Shown in pieces: positions 1 to 14,061 of a stretch of 64,000 nt of DNA. This DNA comes from Owenia fusiformis. Its lineage: Eukaryota. Both the position numbers and the translations under genes were made by a program. Location of the stretch: assembly GCA_903813345.2 (NCBI GenBank), contig CAIIXF020000001.1, positions 40,672,001-40,736,000 on the forward strand. Reading direction: 5' to 3'. The notes beneath the pieces were generated by a model that saw only the letters and a list, made by a program, of their open reading frames with translations, did no database searches and had not been told where the DNA came from. How positions within the stretch are numbered: position 1 is the first letter of the stretch; each line of letters begins with the position of its first letter.

Positions 1-2199
1 AAAAATAAAAACATTTATATTTATCCTAACTTTTGTATATTTTAGTTTGTTTTCTAGTTTAGCTATCATATCTGCGTCCTCTTATATTTTAATACTTCTC
101 CGCCATGTTATTTTCGGAAAAATTAACATAGCTGAAACTCCCTAAATTACAAAAGGCCACAGCTTTGCTGCACATTATACATTACTCTCTGAAATGGGTC
201 GAAAAAACATTCATTTGATGAACAATTTACAAGTCTTGATCAAAAAAGGAGTATTTCAGCGCTCCAATACTTGCACGGATTGATGATACTGATGGAAAAC
301 ACAGTTAGAGACCAAAAGTAAGCCGCTGATCGACTTCATTCGTGTTGCGTCCTGGGAAAGCTATTATATCAAAATCCACATAGCTTTCGCAGGAAGTAAA
401 CTGTTGCAATATGGTCATTTGATTGCTTATTTTATAGATTCAAAGTACTTGAAATAAAATTTTGAATCAGACTTTAGGAACAAAATGTATGATTTATTTC
501 TAAAAGTTTGGGATTTTTGGGCTTATTTGGCGCATTCTAAGAGATTTTTTATGATTTATTTCAATTTACACTTTTGGTCTTGACTCTCAATAGCACACAG
601 CTGTGTATTCACCGAATATGTAGCTACATTCATGTATTGGTCAGAAATAGCTGACAATTACATTTTAGGTAGGATGTTAGTCTCAGGAAACTGCTTATTT
701 AGATTTCATTTTGTAGATATTAGATAAATCAATCAGGGCTGTTCTACATGACACAAAATAACATTTTTGACTTCTAGAAATAAAGAATTTTGAATTTTCC
801 GAGGTAAAGGTTCGATGTCTGATTCTCAGTGACAAATGTCAAATTCTCAAACTCATCTTCTTGTCAATTTCTCTATCAATCTATTATTAATTACACTCAA
901 GGTTACTCCTAATGTTGAACTACATGACAACTACAACTTACTAATTCCAAGTTGTAGCCATTTTGAAAAAAAAGTTGGGAGGAAGCAAGCCCACCCAAAG
1001 GGGGGATGTTGGGAAAGTTCCCTTTTTAAAGATTTTTATTTGATTAAATGCAAATGTGGCTCTCATAAATGCTCAGATTGTTCAGAGGCCCTATGTTCTA
1101 AGAAAATTTCAAATTTTTTGGAGGTATACCCCCATTACTGCCTAGCTTGCGGCAAATATATTGCTTTAAATGATAGGAGCTTTGAAAATTTGAAGAATGA
1201 AACAAAATGGTAGTCATAAAAAGGAAAACAGATTGCTTTTCAAATCAGTTTTTTCATTTTTTTCTATTTCTAGGACTATGTTTGATGTTATGAATATTGG
1301 TTTATCAATTTATATTTATTCTGGACTGTCAAGATCCCTACCCAGAGAGTAAATTAGTAATTAAAGTTTCCCACCTGAAAGCAATTATAACTGGTTAAAC
1401 ATATTCAAAATTTCGGGAATGGGCATTTCAAAAGTCCCTATTCCCAGGATGAAATTGTCAAAATCCTACCCCCTGGAATTATACTGCTTGTTAATTTATC
1501 CCGACTCCGCCTATGAGGGGTATGCAAACCTTTGAAAAATGGCCTTAAAGAAAATCTTTTGAATAATGGCCAATTCTCCATGAGATCTTTTTACATCTTC
1601 TTGGTAAAAGACTTCTAAGACTTGGGAAAATCTAATTTTCATTAGTAAAACATTCTAAAGAAAAATAATATAATTAGGTGCAACAAGGCAGTTTTCAATA
1701 GAATTATTGCATGTCAGTCATACCAGTTGCTTCATTGTTGGTTGAATCAATTTTATGATTAAGTCTGAGCATTCAGACTGGGGAACATGCAACTCACCTG
1801 TTTACACTGTATCACATGTTTTCATTAATATTACTGAGCAGTGTCATTGGTAATTCCACACTTTGCTTTCCTTTATTAATCAATGTCGTGTCAGAGAATA
1901 GATAGATACTGTTATACTGTAGATATACATGTGTACAATATGAAATAGTACTTTTTATGATCAAGGATGTTGAACTTGTATTGTAATACAACCATGGCCC
2001 GTGATACAACTAATTGTACGCTGTTTGTTGCAATTAATAGTAACATATTCAATGGAGAATTGTTTTCAAGTAATAGTATGCATTTCAAGTAATAGTATAT
2101 GCATATGTGTATAATATGAAAATGTGTTACCATGTAGTATGGCAAACATTGCTTGAGTCATACACTGTATTTATATAAGTATGTATCTCATGGACCTAA

Positions 2200-3367
2200 T
2201 TATCCCACCGAACGAAGTTCGAGAGGGATATAGGAAAGCTGTCCGTCCGTCCGTTCGGTCGTCCATCTGTCCGTCCGTCTGTTTGTCCGGGCGATAACTC
2301 AAATACCGTTTCACGGATTTAATTCAAATTTTATAGGCTTATGCCTTATGAGTGTAGGACCTCTGCTCGAGAAGGAATTTTCAATATGGCCACTGAATTC
2401 AAAATGGCCGCCATTTTTCGTAAAAAATGTAATCTTTAATAACTCAAATACTAGTTTGCTGATTTGGTTCAAATTCTATATGCTGATGCCTAGGGACACA
2501 GTAGATATGTTCAAGTAAAAATTTTCAAGATGGCGGCTAGATTTCAAAATGGCGGCCATTTTTCGTAAAAAAACTTAATCTTTGATAACTCAAATACCAG
2601 TGAACAGATTTGGTTCAAATTGTATATGATGATGCCAAGGGACACAGTAGATCTGTTCGAGTTACAATTTTCAAGATGGCCGCTGAATTTCAAAATGGCG
2701 GCCATTTTACGTAAAAAAACGTAATCTCTGGTAACTCAAATACCAGGGAACGGATTTGGTTCAAATTTTATATGATGATGCCTAGGGACAAAGGAGCTTC
2801 GCTCAAGATGGGATTTTCAAGATGGCCACTGATTGTCAAAATGGCGGCCATTTTTTGTAAAAAACGTAATCTTTGATAACGCAAATACCAGTAAACGGAT
2901 TTGGCTCACATTTTATATGATAATGCCTAGGGACACAATAGATCTGTTCAAGAAAGAATTTTCAAGATGACGGCTTGATATTCAAAATGGCGGCCATTTT
3001 TCGTAAAAAAGGTAATCTTTGATAACTCAAATACCAGTGAATGGATTTGGCTCAAATTTTATATGATGATGCCTAGGGACAAAGGAGATCTGTTCGAGAA
3101 AGAATTTTCAAGATGGCGGCTGAATTTCAAAATGGACGCCATTTTTCTTAAAAAATGTAATCTTTGATAACTCAAATACCAGTGAACAGATTTGGTTCAA
3201 ATTTTATATGCTGATGCTTAGAAACACAGTAGCTCTGTTCGAGAAAATTTTTTTAAGATGGCGGCTGATCTTCAGAATGGCTGCCATTTTTCATTTTCAT
3301 AATCTTTGGTAACTCAACTGCCGTTCGGTGGGATTTGCTACTCTGTGGAGTTGCTGTTTTTCTAGTT
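2200..3367 (+). mobile_element. Non-autonomous Helentron-associated (HINE/DINE-1-like) element with internal ~146-bp tandem array
   Basis: SubTIR TCCCACCGAACG at 2203-2214 has its exact reverse complement CGTTCGGTGGGA at 3322-3333. A (GTCC/GTCT)n microsatellite follows at ~2240-2290. About seven repeat units are marked by AAC(T/G)CAAATAC at 2296, 2441, 2587, 2733, 2878, 3024 and 3169. A 3' stem-loop GCTACTC-TGTG-GAGTTGC (3337-3354) precedes the TCTAGTT end. This is the established HINE architecture. Confidence 0.85.
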
Positions 3368-3968
3368 ACAGATGTAATATACTTTCTCGGATAATTAATT
3401 ATTTGACAGAATCATACTTCAAGGACAATATTAATGTATCTGGATATGTATCTGTATTAATGTATCTGGAAGTTATTTACTGGGAAGGATTGAATATAGA
3501 TTTTATACCTGAGGCCATTATTATATTTCTAGAAGGATGGAAGGGACCAAGGGAAGAATCATATTGACCAAGGTATAAAACCTATATTAGATTATCAAAT
3601 ATCACACAATGATCTGCTTTAATATTATAAATTACACGTATAATTTTCACGACACAAATTCTTTTATCTATTATGATTATTAAACATTAAAATTTAAATA
3701 TTGACCTCTATAAGGGACCAATGCAAAAGTTCAATGTAGGAGGGCTAACTAAATTTTTATAATATTAACTCCCAGAATGAAACCATATAGGCTTTCAAGA
3801 AAGCCCATCATGAAACAGATGACTGTCCCCTGGTGACTGTCCCATGGCTGTCTGAGGACTGTCCCCTGCTCATGACTGAGGTTTATAATTGAGCTTAAAA
3901 AGCATGGTAATTTGGCACCACGCCATCATGGACTGAATGTGGTTTTAACAATATTTCATGAAAACCCC

Positions 3969-4059
3969 TAACCAAACCCGTCTGGCCCAGTAATCTACTC
4001 CCGATTCTGAATTGTCTACGACGTCAGGAGTAGATAACTGGGCCAGACGGGTTTTGTTA
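3969..4059. mobile_element. 91-bp hairpin MITE with 9-bp target-site duplication
   Basis: ~33-bp inverted arms TAACCAAACCCGTCTGGCCCAGTAATCTACTCC / GGAGTAGATAACTGGGCCAGACGGGTTTTGTTA are flanked by identical GAAAACCCC at 3960-3968 and 4060-4068. Confidence 0.8.
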
Positions 4060-5511
4060 GAAAACCCCCTGCTCCCCAGGCGTCATGTATGGGGGTCTGG
4101 AAAATGGGAATTTGCGTTAATTTTGAGATCTTTCCAAAGTATAGCTTTATTATACTCAAATGAAAGGCAATTTATAGTAGAATTCTAAATGGTTATCGCC
4201 TTATGTGGAATTTTGCGATAATTTTCTGATCTCTTCAAAGTATGTCTTTATTATTCTCAAATTGAAGGGAATTTAGGCCAGATCACTATTTTGGTATTGT
4301 TTTCCTGATTTGTCCCTCAGTAAATTCAGATTGTCTTTTTTATTTGTGCCTTTAAAATTCTTAATTAAATGGCTACCCAAATGCTTTTAAAATTGGTAGA
4401 AATCCTCATATATCTCTGTTTCCAATGTTTATGTTTTTGTGATAAATACAGATTCATATATGTCATAGTGTTTGTTGGAATTTGCTAATTTGTGGAGTTG
4501 CCGTTTTATAGTTTATAAGCTTTAACATGGTGGTTAACAATGAAAATATTCATGTCATGCATACTTTACATGTATATTCATACTATAAGCTGTCATGATA
4601 TGAATTCCTAGGATATATTCTGCATAATCCTATCAGCAGAATATCAGAATATTATCTGATAATTATACATGATGCAATCACTAATTTATGGCATGTAAAA
4701 TTCATTAGCTAATATTAGTTTTAGCACACTTTTTCAAAATGCTGTAATGTCTCCGTCTTGTGCCGAAGGGCTTGTGTCTTGGTGGGCATTCACCTCACCA
4801 CATAAATCTTCTCATCAAAATTCCAGGAAAACCGTTGGCTCTGTTCAACTTGGAACTTTTACAAATGCAAGAGTTGACCTAAGTGCCAAGATGATAAGGT
4901 TTTGGGAATAAACTGGAATAATCAACATTTTCAATAAAAAGAGTGACGTTATCACTGTGTACACTATGTTTTACAGTATACTCACTCCAATGATTCCCAT
5001 TTTCAACATTTTTTTGACTGATGAACTGCCAGTTTGACATAACATTGACATTAAATCTGAGTCTCTTACATTGTGCATGCCCCTTGAAGCTTGGTTGTCA
5101 TCTTAACTCTTAATTGAAATCCCAAGTTCAGGAGTATTAGTGGAAATTATTGCTTTGTAGAATAAGTGACATTAGTATGAAACATTAATACAACTACGAA
5201 AGCATAGCCATTTATCTTGGAGGGTTAATGGCGCAAGTAATGTCATTCTAATTTCATCTGCAGGTTACCTGCCCTTTAAATATACTCAGGGCTCCAAGCA
5301 GTTGTAATTACTCATGTCTTCAGCTTGATTGCATTTAGTATCAACCTTTTTTCACAATGTAATATCAATTATCAATGTAGTGGATGAAGCAGAGGGGGAC
5401 ATTATAATCTAATCTTGTCTTATTGAATATTTATCCTGAGGGATGATATGATATCTGACTAAGGAATAATCAGAAAGGCATAATATATTTAGAGAGGTTG
5501 TATAATATGAA

Positions 5512-5802
5512 TTATTATATCACTATCTAGCCAGCGACAGTATGATTGGTCAAAACCGGGTCACATGTCGTGGGATATCTGGCGATATTCAATGGCAATG
5601 CTAATCAGATAAGACAACCGTGAGATATCTAGCGATATCCAATGCTCCCTGGAATTTTCAAAGAATTTGTTTTCGTTCAGTGTTAATAATTTAGTTCAGT
5701 GTAAGTCAAAATGGCAGACGAACCGAGTAGATTCAATGTATTTCAATGTTAACCTATGACTTAATAATATTACGGATGTTTAGCTAGACAGTGATATAAT
5801 AA
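5512..5802. repeat. Inverted-repeat-bounded dispersed element (family unassigned)
   Basis: TTATTATATCACTATCTAGC (5512-5531) pairs with GCTAGACAGTGATATAATAA (5783-5802). An internal GATTGGTC...CACATG motif has a similar start at ~7441-7495. Confidence 0.55.
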
Positions 5803-6816
5803 AACAAATATTTCACTCTATTTTGTACAATATCTTTTGAGGGATGATGCTCTTTTTGAGGGACCAAAGAAGATATAGAGTTGAAATCAATGGAGGGATC
5901 TAGCATGGGATTTTTTTGAGGTATAGGGATGATATGATATTTGACTGAAGTATCATATTTTATATATAGATGTGATATCCAGCAAGGGGTAATATATAGA
6001 TGATATCCAGCAAGGGGTTGATCCCATTTTTATCTTGAGTGATTTTACATATGAAATATGCAGATGCAGACTATGTTATAAGTAAAATAGTATAGAAGTT
6101 TAGTGGGTAGGAGGGTGCAGCACTGTACTGGAATCAGGTCAGAGTTGAAAGTCTCTGAGTTGCTTTGACATTGATTCAGATAAAGTATAATAACTTTATG
6201 ATGAAATATTACATGAGAAATACATATGCAAAAGTGAATAGTCAGCCATCAAACCTACCTGTGTAAACTTAGTTTAATATATTTTGCAAATTGTTTTTGG
6301 AAGTTCGTCATGAGGAGTGTCCAAACTGGTTCAAAACAAAATAGTTTCTATTGGGGGTGTTGTGATATCACAACTATCCATGGCTGGTACTTAACATGAC
6401 CCTAATTATATTCAGATTTAGCCGGACCTTTTTAGGCAACTAGAAAATCTTTAGAATTTGAATAAAGGTAAATAACAGGGGAAATCAAAGTTGTTTTGAT
6501 AGAAAATTATACTCAGAATTCAAATATGCCATCAAATAGAAGAAAATGTTAGTCTTAATGATTAAAAATGCAGATCTCCTAAAATCTCATTAAAAAGGAG
6601 ACTTTAACGAGATTTCAAAGCTATATGGAAAAAGGACCACTGTAGGACTCCCTAATCTGAATAAAAATCATATTTATATAAAAGGAATAAGTCATGAATA
6701 GAGCAACCATGCATATCATGTAATATTAACCATTTCTTTTTTGACTATATGCGCTATTTTGTATAAAATAAAATAATATAATAAATAAAGTAAACAGTTG
6801 TATGTTATTTTTTCAG

Positions 6817-6873
6817 ACATCTTGGCGTAGGAGTTAAAGAGTGTGGGAGAAGCAATAACAAAAGGGCTGCAAG
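6817..6873 (+). other. Candidate 57-nt internal exon (no ATG; probably 5'UTR)
   Basis: Strong acceptor TGTTATTTTTTCAG (AG ends 6816), strong donor AAG|GTAAGT at 6874, and a purine-rich body. Confidence 0.5.
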
Positions 6874-6888
6874 GTAAGTTGGATATTT

Positions 6889-7224
6889 CAAAACATTTTC
6901 ATGTTATTCTTGTTTCTGTAATAATCGTGATGTTTTGTATTATGTTGTCTTAGAAATTCTTGTTTTTTGTCACCAGGTTTTTGTCATTCTCTTTTTACAA
7001 AGTTTTATTGCGAGCTTGGAAAATAGAAACTAATTGCTTTACGATTCAATGTTATATAGAATTAGAAACAAAACATTTTCATGTTATTCTTGTTTCTGTA
7101 ATAATCGTGATGTATTGTATTATGTTGTCTTAGAAATTCTTGTTTTTTGTCATTCTCTTTTTACAAAGTTTTAATGCGAGCTTGGAAAAAAGAAACTAAT
7201 TGATTTACGATTCATTGTTATATA
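6889..7224. repeat. Recent local tandem duplication, period 180 bp
   Basis: CAAAACATTTTCATGTTATTCTTG... starts at 6889 and again at 7069. The copies are near-identical apart from a ~15-bp deletion and a few substitutions in the second. Confidence 0.9.
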
Positions 7225-10200
7225 GACACCATTACATTTGACAGAAATTAAACAAGTAAAAGTGACAAGTACCAGGTGAACAATGACATTTGACAAAAAA
7301 TGTGACAAAATAAAAAGTGAAATGTGAGAGAAATGACAAATCAGTATCCTTAAAGCAACAAAATTGGTTACTGCATATTCCCTTGAGTTCTCATGGTGAA
7401 AAGATTCATGGAATGCTGTTCATAGTCAGATACTAAACAATTATTATTCACTGTCATATTCCTCACTCTCTGATTGGTCTGTGTCCTACACATGATTAAG
7501 AAATAAGGATCCATATTTCCCCGGCTGTCCCATGTAATCTGAATCATACACCCTGGCTGGCATTTTGTCCGGATATTCTATACAGATATTTCACTCTACT
7601 GAATTATATTCCTGTGCATCTTTCTTAAGTGATATTCCATGAAGCCTGGAGAGCTCTTCACTGAAGCCTGGAGGGCTCTTTACCGGAGGGCTAGGGGAAT
7701 ATTGAACTTGTAAAAGATGCACATATTCACCTTAATAGAATGAAATATTTATATATTATTGAAGTACAAATGGTGACATATTGACAATGTTCGGCAGGCA
7801 ATGTTCAGAGTTCAGCATCTGCAACAAGTGGCAGGTGGTGACATTTTGCATGTTAATGCCTTGTATTGGATTGTGTCAGGTTGAAATTCGATTTTACAAC
7901 TGTGTCACACATTTGATTTATATTGAAACACACTGTTCACTTTAAACATTGTAAACCCATTTCAAAAATCAGTTGGGTTGCACCAAAGAAATCCTGTTTG
8001 ATATTGGCATTGCTCTTTTGGGATCTGTCAAAATATTGCTTTTTATTCTAGGATTATTAATATCCTTTATCAATGTCCTGTGTCTTCATATCTGAAAATG
8101 GCTTCTTCCCAAAGGTTCTCACGAACAGGCCCACTGGCCATTTATTTTGCATGGGCGTTTAATTGAAATTCTTTGAAACGGACACCTATAGGCCTTTTTA
8201 AAGAGGGAAAATTGTTTTTCCAAGGGAGTGCAGAGATCAAATTGCATTCTTATTGTTCTTATTATCCTAGTATTCTTTTGGACAATAAGTTCTAATAATT
8301 TTCTCATTTACACTGTGATTCATATATCAAAACATTTACTCACAAAAGATGGACAATTAGAGTGTCTTTTGTCATCAGTTGTGACCTAGTTAGCTCTGCT
8401 TGGTTTTTACCAAAACATTGTGTGATGAAGGCTGATTTTACATTTCAACTGCACTCTTCAGGGTCAACCTCATATAATATTTCAAAATCATTTGTAACAA
8501 TACAGTAATCAGGGATGCAACAAGCAAATCAATTATGCTTACTTGCACATACCATTGTCATCATTTTGTGGTATTATACGTTACTGTTACAGAGAAGAAT
8601 GCAATTCAGTATACTTTGTCAATGTAGATATATCAGTCAATAATCCTTTTCTTTACAGCTCTCTAGATAACAAATGAGCATGTCATTTGCTAGAAGCAGT
8701 GCTTTGTTCTCCATTGATTTTATTACAGAAGGCAATAGTTTGAATTGAAAGATGGGTCTTTTAAATTGGTTTGTATAAGACTATCCCTATAACTGGGAAT
8801 TATAGGTCTCACATAGGTCTCACATGTATTGATTAAATAATCATCTATTTATAGTTATCACAATGGAAAACAAAGAATGTGTACTTTCGTGGGATCAGAT
8901 GTTTTTGTTTACATGTATACTTGCCAGAGTTTTAAAAATAGGCTATATGAAATCCCATTTACGCCAACTCAAAAAATCAGGAACAATTTTTATTCATATT
9001 TATATATCATATTTTGATCCTCTTAAGTCACTCACTGGACTTGTTAACTGTAGAAATGATGACAGGTATAGAATGGCATCTGTGTTTTATTAAATTTGCA
9101 GTGTAAAGGTGAGTAATATCTGCCTGTAATCTGCCATCAATTCTCAGGTATAATGACAATATATACAACAATAGCTCACCCATATGAGGGGAAGAGCCTT
9201 ATCACAATTATTTGTTACATTATGAACATCCGAGTTCTCAGGCTAGCTACAGTAATAAGATTTGCAGATCTGTTTTACCCAATAGTTTTTTTTGTTATAG
9301 GGGAAACACACTAGGGATTTGCTCATTTTCCTTTGTGCATTTCTTTAACACTGATCATGTATTATGCATTAGATTACTGTCAATTTGGCTGTTTGTTTAT
9401 TGAGTTTTCGACAATTTTTGATATTCTTCTTTCTCAGTTAATATGGCTAGTCTTCTAATTAAGGTGTTTATATGTATTTTATATAAACAATAGTCATTGT
9501 CATGGTTACTCCTTTGTGACTGAACAAATGAATGATACTTACCTTCTTCTAATGTCAGACAATAACGACATTTCGTCCAGTTTTCAAATATCACCATTTT
9601 TCTTGGAGCCGTTTAGGCGAAATCCTGACGAAATCAAGCAATATCTCATCAAGGAGCCCAGCTAGTTCCATTTTAATTCATGATTTTTTATCTGGCGATT
9701 TTTGAAATATTTAATAAATTTATAACACACTGGCCAGCTTTTTTTTCAAATGGTTCCACTGTGTTCCAGATAAAATTACTTCTATCCAAGAATTGGCTAG
9801 AGACTCGAGTAAAATGATACAATGTACATGTACAATATGTACATCATATGTACATATATGCAAAAACCTCTGAATATGAACATTTTCCCTCAGTCTCAGT
9901 TTTGTAATTTTTTTTTCATTGTGACTCCCTTGTTGAAAAACCTAGAAATGTACACCTGCTATTCTGAACACATTTGGCCAGTCCCAGAAGCATTCAGAAT
10001 AGACAGGTTTGACTTCTGAGGGACATATTAAAGTCACTTAACTTGTAATTTATCTATTATTAGGATTGATGCCTAAATGGTATATGAAACCTTTGATTAC
10101 TGAATAAGACCTGATTTCACATTAGAAGAAACTGTACCTAATTTACCTTATGTTGACATAATATCTGCAAAATTAGTTTTCCTGTTTCAATATATAGACT

Positions 10201-11249
10201 TCTGCAATAAGGTAATATTTATTCTCATCACCTAGAATTTTTGGTAAAAGCAATCATTTTTTTGATTATAGCAAATCATTAATAATCTGAGAATTGTCAT
10301 TATATATGACCATTGCACATATGATAAAGAAACAACTGATGCAAGTTGTCTGTAAAACAACTCTAGGAGCTCATTAATTCATACTATCAGCCCAAAAAAA
10401 TGAATGCCTCATTTCACGGAAATATCTCTTTTACGTCAATGCCTTGTCTACACAGAAAATATGAGGCTTCAGAACATTCTTGGAGGGTTCCATTAATCAC
10501 CATTTTTAATATGATACACCCTATGGGATCATGATAAACATTTAAGGAAACAAATACTGTAAGTTGTTTTCAGAATAGCCAACTCTTGTACATGTATATT
10601 CTTTTACAGAATCAGCTTTGGCTAAAACATTGCCCTTCGAAAAGCTGTGACTCATATGGACTCTTTAAATTGAAAAAAATGAATTAACTTAAATGTTTAA
10701 TCAGATATTATAGTCGGAAAATAATAACACAGCTGAAGGTCCCATCAAAGCCAAGAAAGCTATTCTTGAGATCATTAAGATCTCATCAGCATCTAGACTG
10801 TAGAATCCTCTGTAAAAGTCAGAGGATGGTGTGGCTAGCTTGTTAGGATTCAGGGTATCAAAATGGCAATTCCTCTGCAGTAAGTGCTCCATTCTTCATG
10901 TCCTGTTAAATGAAGATAGAAAAGAAATTAAAGAGACAGTGGAATTATATTACCATGGCTTCAATAATCCCATCACATTTAATCAAGCATTGGTTTGCTT
11001 GTAGAAATGCCAGGTTTTACATCCTGATGGATTGCTAGTAGGATTGCTCTCCTTTAGTATAACATATAACAGGGGCGTAGCCAGTTTTTAGTCAGGAGGG
11101 TGCGATCACCAATCTTTGGGGGGGTTTCAACAGGGGGGAGGGTGCGATCATGGCATAAGCAGGCCAAACTTTTTTTTTATAGATTTTTTGGGGGAAAATT
11201 ACCCATAGCACCCCTATGCTTGTGTATAAGTAGAGTGAACACAGTAAGC

Positions 11250-12070
11250 CAATGTACTTATGGGCCAGTCTACTGGTCATTACCAGGTTACTTTTGATAC
11301 GGGCCAGTTCATTCACTCGGCATAGGAAAATAGCATTGCAACTACTCTGTAATGCCATTTTGACCAGCAGCTTTCAGATCCTTAGGGTAAACAGTGCTTG
11401 TTTGATCACCATTTGTGATTTGACATTTAGAAGAAATTTCAAAATATGAATGAATGTCTTCATATTATCTTATTGTAGTGGGTTCTTCAATCTCTAGTAT
11501 CACTGGAATAGAATAGACAGACATTAGAGAAGGAAGCACTCTGATAAGTCAAAATGTCTTTTAAATCACTTTCAAAACAGTTCAATAATGGTGTTTGTAA
11601 TACAACAATAACATAATGTCTGGCGATCTTGTTGTTGGATACAACGGGAAGTCAGGTATTAAATGATCAGGCTCAGTATCGAGCTTTTAGTGCAGAAATT
11701 GACTTTTACATGGTGTTCATTCATAGGAAGGTTTTAATCAAAGTTGAGATTTCCTATTGCTCTTCAATATCTCAATGTTTTCTGTGTCGAGTGCCCTCAT
11801 TTTAGATACTCAATCAGAATGCATACAGATTATTGAGTTCCTATGAAGGGGAATATCCAGGTTTTGTTATTGTTCATGTTAGTGCATTGATCTCCGTCAT
11901 GATAAACCATGACATCTCATTTCTTCTCAGCCCTGAGGTGTTCATGTTTCAGGTGAAACAGAAAGATGCTATGAGTATCAGAATGATTGATCTCCATCAT
12001 TCTTCTATGTGATATGGTCACTGTCATGTTTTTGATGGAATTGTCAAACTCATTGCTGATATTGCCATAT
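11250..12070 (-). mobile_element. Highly decayed LINE (CR1/L2-like) APE endonuclease remnant
   Basis: Minus-strand fragments translate to AIGNLNFD (GDFN-like, ~11740-11760), IEEPT (~11480) and EMSWF...KPGY (~11850-11920). Many stops and frameshifts. Confidence 0.35.
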
Positions 12071-14061
12071 TCATTGTTGGTTTTATCATATTAATAGTAC
12101 AATAACGTCATTTCAAAAGGCCTGTGGCCCTTGGTCCAATATTTCACTATTTTGCCCACAGAAATGACGTTATTACTATTATTACCACCGTTAATGCCCA
12201 GGGCTGAAATAGCAAATTTGAAATAGAAAATCTTACGCACTGAACGATATCACTTTTCCCGGGAAACATAGCATGGATGGGTTGTCATTTTCATTAATCA
12301 CTTCAGAGATGTTTCGTTGATACCTTTCTTTGTTATTAGGCATCGCTGGTTCCACTAAAGATATAGAAACTGGTATGTAGAGTTTTAAATTTTTCCAGGC
12401 AAAGTAGAGATCTATCAATATACATATCAATAAATGTTAAAATCTGGTGTAAAGCACATCAAAAAGTTAACAAAATTAGTATGAGGTAGTACTTCACTTC
12501 AATTTGACAAACTCGATATTTCAAAATCAAACTCTTCTACCAGACATTATTAGTGATGACGTAAATCTAATATATAGTGTCTGGGGAAATTGGATCTTCT
12601 TAGATAATCCAACAGATTAAAAGAAGGTTTATTTATTGGTGCAGGCTGTGTCTAATAATGCTCTTTGTTCTTTTATGAACTCCAGTAAAATTTAAGGCTC
12701 TTTCATGAGACTCTCTGTTTTATATTGTTCATCCGAGGAAGATTACTCTGAATTCAGTATTCTCGGGGGAAATCATCATGTTTGAAATAAATCAGTTTTT
12801 CTATCTGCCAGTTTCAAGTTCAAAAGTTACAAAATGTTTTATCTGTTTACTGCAGCTTTGGTATTATTATCATACCATTGAAGCAGGTCAATTGAGTCAT
12901 CCTTTGATATATCTGGCTTTCTGAGATAGAGATCTTTTTAAAACAGCTCTTTACTGTACATGTAATTATTATTTGTAACTTGAATTGCGATGCAGTAATT
13001 GAAATGTTTTTTTGCAATATCATAATAACATTATCGTGCTTTGAATCTTAATTAGTAACCAGCCATATTAGGCCAGGTCGAGTCTTGCTGAGGATATTCT
13101 AGGAATAAGAGGTATAAGAGCCGCACTTATCATAATCGCCATAACTGTCCACCCCCTAATAAGTGCCCACCTCCCATGTGACACCAATGAATGTTGCCAT
13201 TTTTATTTCACAAGGTCAGAATTTTTCTTTTTTATCTTTTTTATATATAGTCAATTCAGTTCCTGGAATGCTATAAATTGTCTGTCATTTTCTTGTTACT
13301 ACTACTAATAGTATCATTTTCCAAATCGTCACATAGAAATGCGCTCATTTCATGATTCACCCTAAATTCTCTACCCTAAAATTTTCCCTGTCAGGTATTC
13401 CAATACATTCCTGTATAAGTAGCTCATAGATGTAGGGTTATCAGTTATCGTGGCTCTACTAACAAAGAGATTACCATAACAACACGAGTGCCAGAGGAGC
13501 TAATCACTCATCCAATAGGAAGAAAAGAAGATAAATTCTGGGCCTACGTGATCATAATGATGACACTGAGAGATATCTGTATAATTAACTTTCAGATGGA
13601 TCAAAAATATTGAATATTCTGTATCACTATGCAGACTGACGCCTTGATATAAGTTCTTTGGGATGTTTTATGATTTATTGTGTCTATTATTGAAAGTGAC
13701 TTGGATAAATCAGCCTATTTGGCACTATTCTGCATGATGCAAGGCCAGCTTCCAAGATATACACCAAGTAGATTGCCATGTCTTATTTTCTTTATTACAT
13801 CTCCGTAATATCAAATAAGTAATTTTCTTCCCACTATCCAGAACTGCTATATTTAACACCATGTTCAACAAACATTTTCTTTTCTCAATTTGAAATGGGT
13901 GTGATTCTGCCACTGTCACTTGAGGTTACCTTTGGTGTCATTTACTGTTAGTTGGTATGGTTTATTTCACCAGTTGAAATCTACATGTTTTGAAGTCTTG
14001 TAGTAAACCTGTATGTTCCTTTCATTTTCTCCTTTATACATGATTAAAAATTAGATATAAG

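Noticed and set aside
836..1213. 125-aa Cys-rich ORF
   Set aside because: No coherent zinc-finger spacing or family motif that I can recognise. It appears to overlap repeat-like sequence and has no supporting splice or promoter signals.
2296..3311. Regularly spaced repeats resembling a CRISPR array
   Set aside because: Whole units are homologous with no unique spacers, no cas genes are present, the context is eukaryotic, and the array lies inside a HINE.
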